Origin: a virus
Lineage: Duplodnaviria; Caudoviricetes
Virus record (IMG/VR): IMGVR_UViG_3300016665_000375
Location: 1-24,003 of that record
DNA: 24,003 bases
Reading direction: 5' to 3' (one strand)
The position numbers and the translations under genes were made by a program. The notes under the pieces are model-generated. The model searched no databases. It saw only the letters and a program-made list of their open reading frames with translations, and was not told where the DNA came from. Shown in pieces: positions 23,460-24,003 of the stretch (position 1 is its first letter; each line of letters opens with the position of its first letter).

Positions 23460-23475
23460 TGCAGAGACCATGCCA
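23460..23475 (-). promoter_or_regulatory. sigma54-type (-24/-12) promoter, leftward
   Basis: TGGCATGGTCTCTGCA, exact GG-N10-GC spacing, about 55 bp upstream of the first leftward gene. Confidence 0.7.
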
Positions 23476-23722
23476 AAATCAAAACCTAATAAAATCAATG
23501 AGATCCAAAATGACACACATACTTTTTTTGTATTATTTATAGGCAGTGTCTAAAATTTTTACATGGTCAACCAAAATCGTCGCCTTTGCTCTCGCTCTAT
23601 ATATGTAGACATGGGCCCTCCGATCCTACCGATCCAGTTGACCTTGACAACCCTCCAGGTCGATTATGGTCTAACCCCTTGAAATCATTGAACTTTTACC
23701 ACAACTCATAAGTAAAACTTCT

Positions 23723-23750
23723 ATGTCTGATAATAGTTATTATGTAAACT
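23723..23750 (+). other. dif-like XerC/XerD recombination site
   Basis: ATGTCTGATAA-TAGTTA-TTATGTAAACT: 11-6-11 layout; right arm matches the B. subtilis dif arm TTATGTAAACT and is close to E. coli TTATGTTAAAT. Confidence 0.8.
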
Positions 23751-23810
23751 CTGAACAATTACAATAAGTTACGAGGCCAAACTAAAGTAGAAATATTAAT
23801 AAGTGACCTT

Positions 23811-23826
23811 TGGTATGAACCTTGCA
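23811..23826 (+). promoter_or_regulatory. sigma54-type (-24/-12) promoter, rightward
   Basis: TGGTATGAACCTTGCA, GG-N10-GC with TTGCA. Confidence 0.6.
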
Positions 23827-24003
23827 TAGTTCGAACCCCCGAACCACCGAACCTAAGCCCTTGTAATCATTGCACATAATGCCCGGTGGTTGAATGACTC
23901 GATAGAGCTCGTTGATTTTAAAGGGTTTTCGTTGATGAGGGTAAAGGAAGTCGATTGACGGGGGGCTGGGGGGTCATGGCAGTTCGTGGTCGCTAACGAT
24001 TCA

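Larger units (their letters stand above)
23671..23875. repeat. Imperfect 23-bp direct repeat, IHF-site-like
   Basis: CTAACCCCTTGAAATCATTGAAC (23671-23693) vs CTAAGCCCTTGTAATCATTGCAC (23853-23875), 20/23 identical; resembles YAA-N4-TTGATW. Confidence 0.55.

Noticed and set aside
1-24003. Alternative genetic code, introns/inteins, integrase, anti-phage defence operon
   Set aside because: Core genes are intact in the standard code with normal lengths, and I found no motifs for these elements.

Overview
A 24-kb segment of a tailed dsDNA phage with a podovirus-like virion, host unknown. Left arm (+, 1-8235): tail nozzle/stabilisation protein, head-tail adaptor, GNAT protein and several probable ejection proteins. 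Middle arm (-, 8236-17957): VRR-NUC nuclease, family A DNA polymerase, DEDDh exonuclease, SSB-like protein, SNF2 helicase, HNH-AP2 endonuclease, an aberrant tRNA-like element and many small genes. A divergent AEP primase/Cys-rich domain/VapE helicase fusion (+, 18157-20469) is followed by an iteron-rich putative origin. Right arm (-): XRE regulator and small early-type genes. The final ~600 bp are non-coding and hold two divergent sigma54-type promoters, IHF-like repeats and a dif-like XerCD site. The non-coding DNA is the most interesting part. Main candidate new system: a ~75-nt small RNA (18067->17993) with its own sigma70-like promoter and intrinsic terminator, whose central hairpin carries AUUAGUCCUCU, the complement of an extended RBS motif (GAGGACTA[A]) at nine early/middle gene starts that I did not see at the virion gene starts I checked. 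Also seen: a complete type II hammerhead ribozyme, a second unclassified structured RNA, a repeated 14-bp dyad motif, and strong hairpins in both primase linkers. All product calls come from reading motifs by eye; no searches were run.
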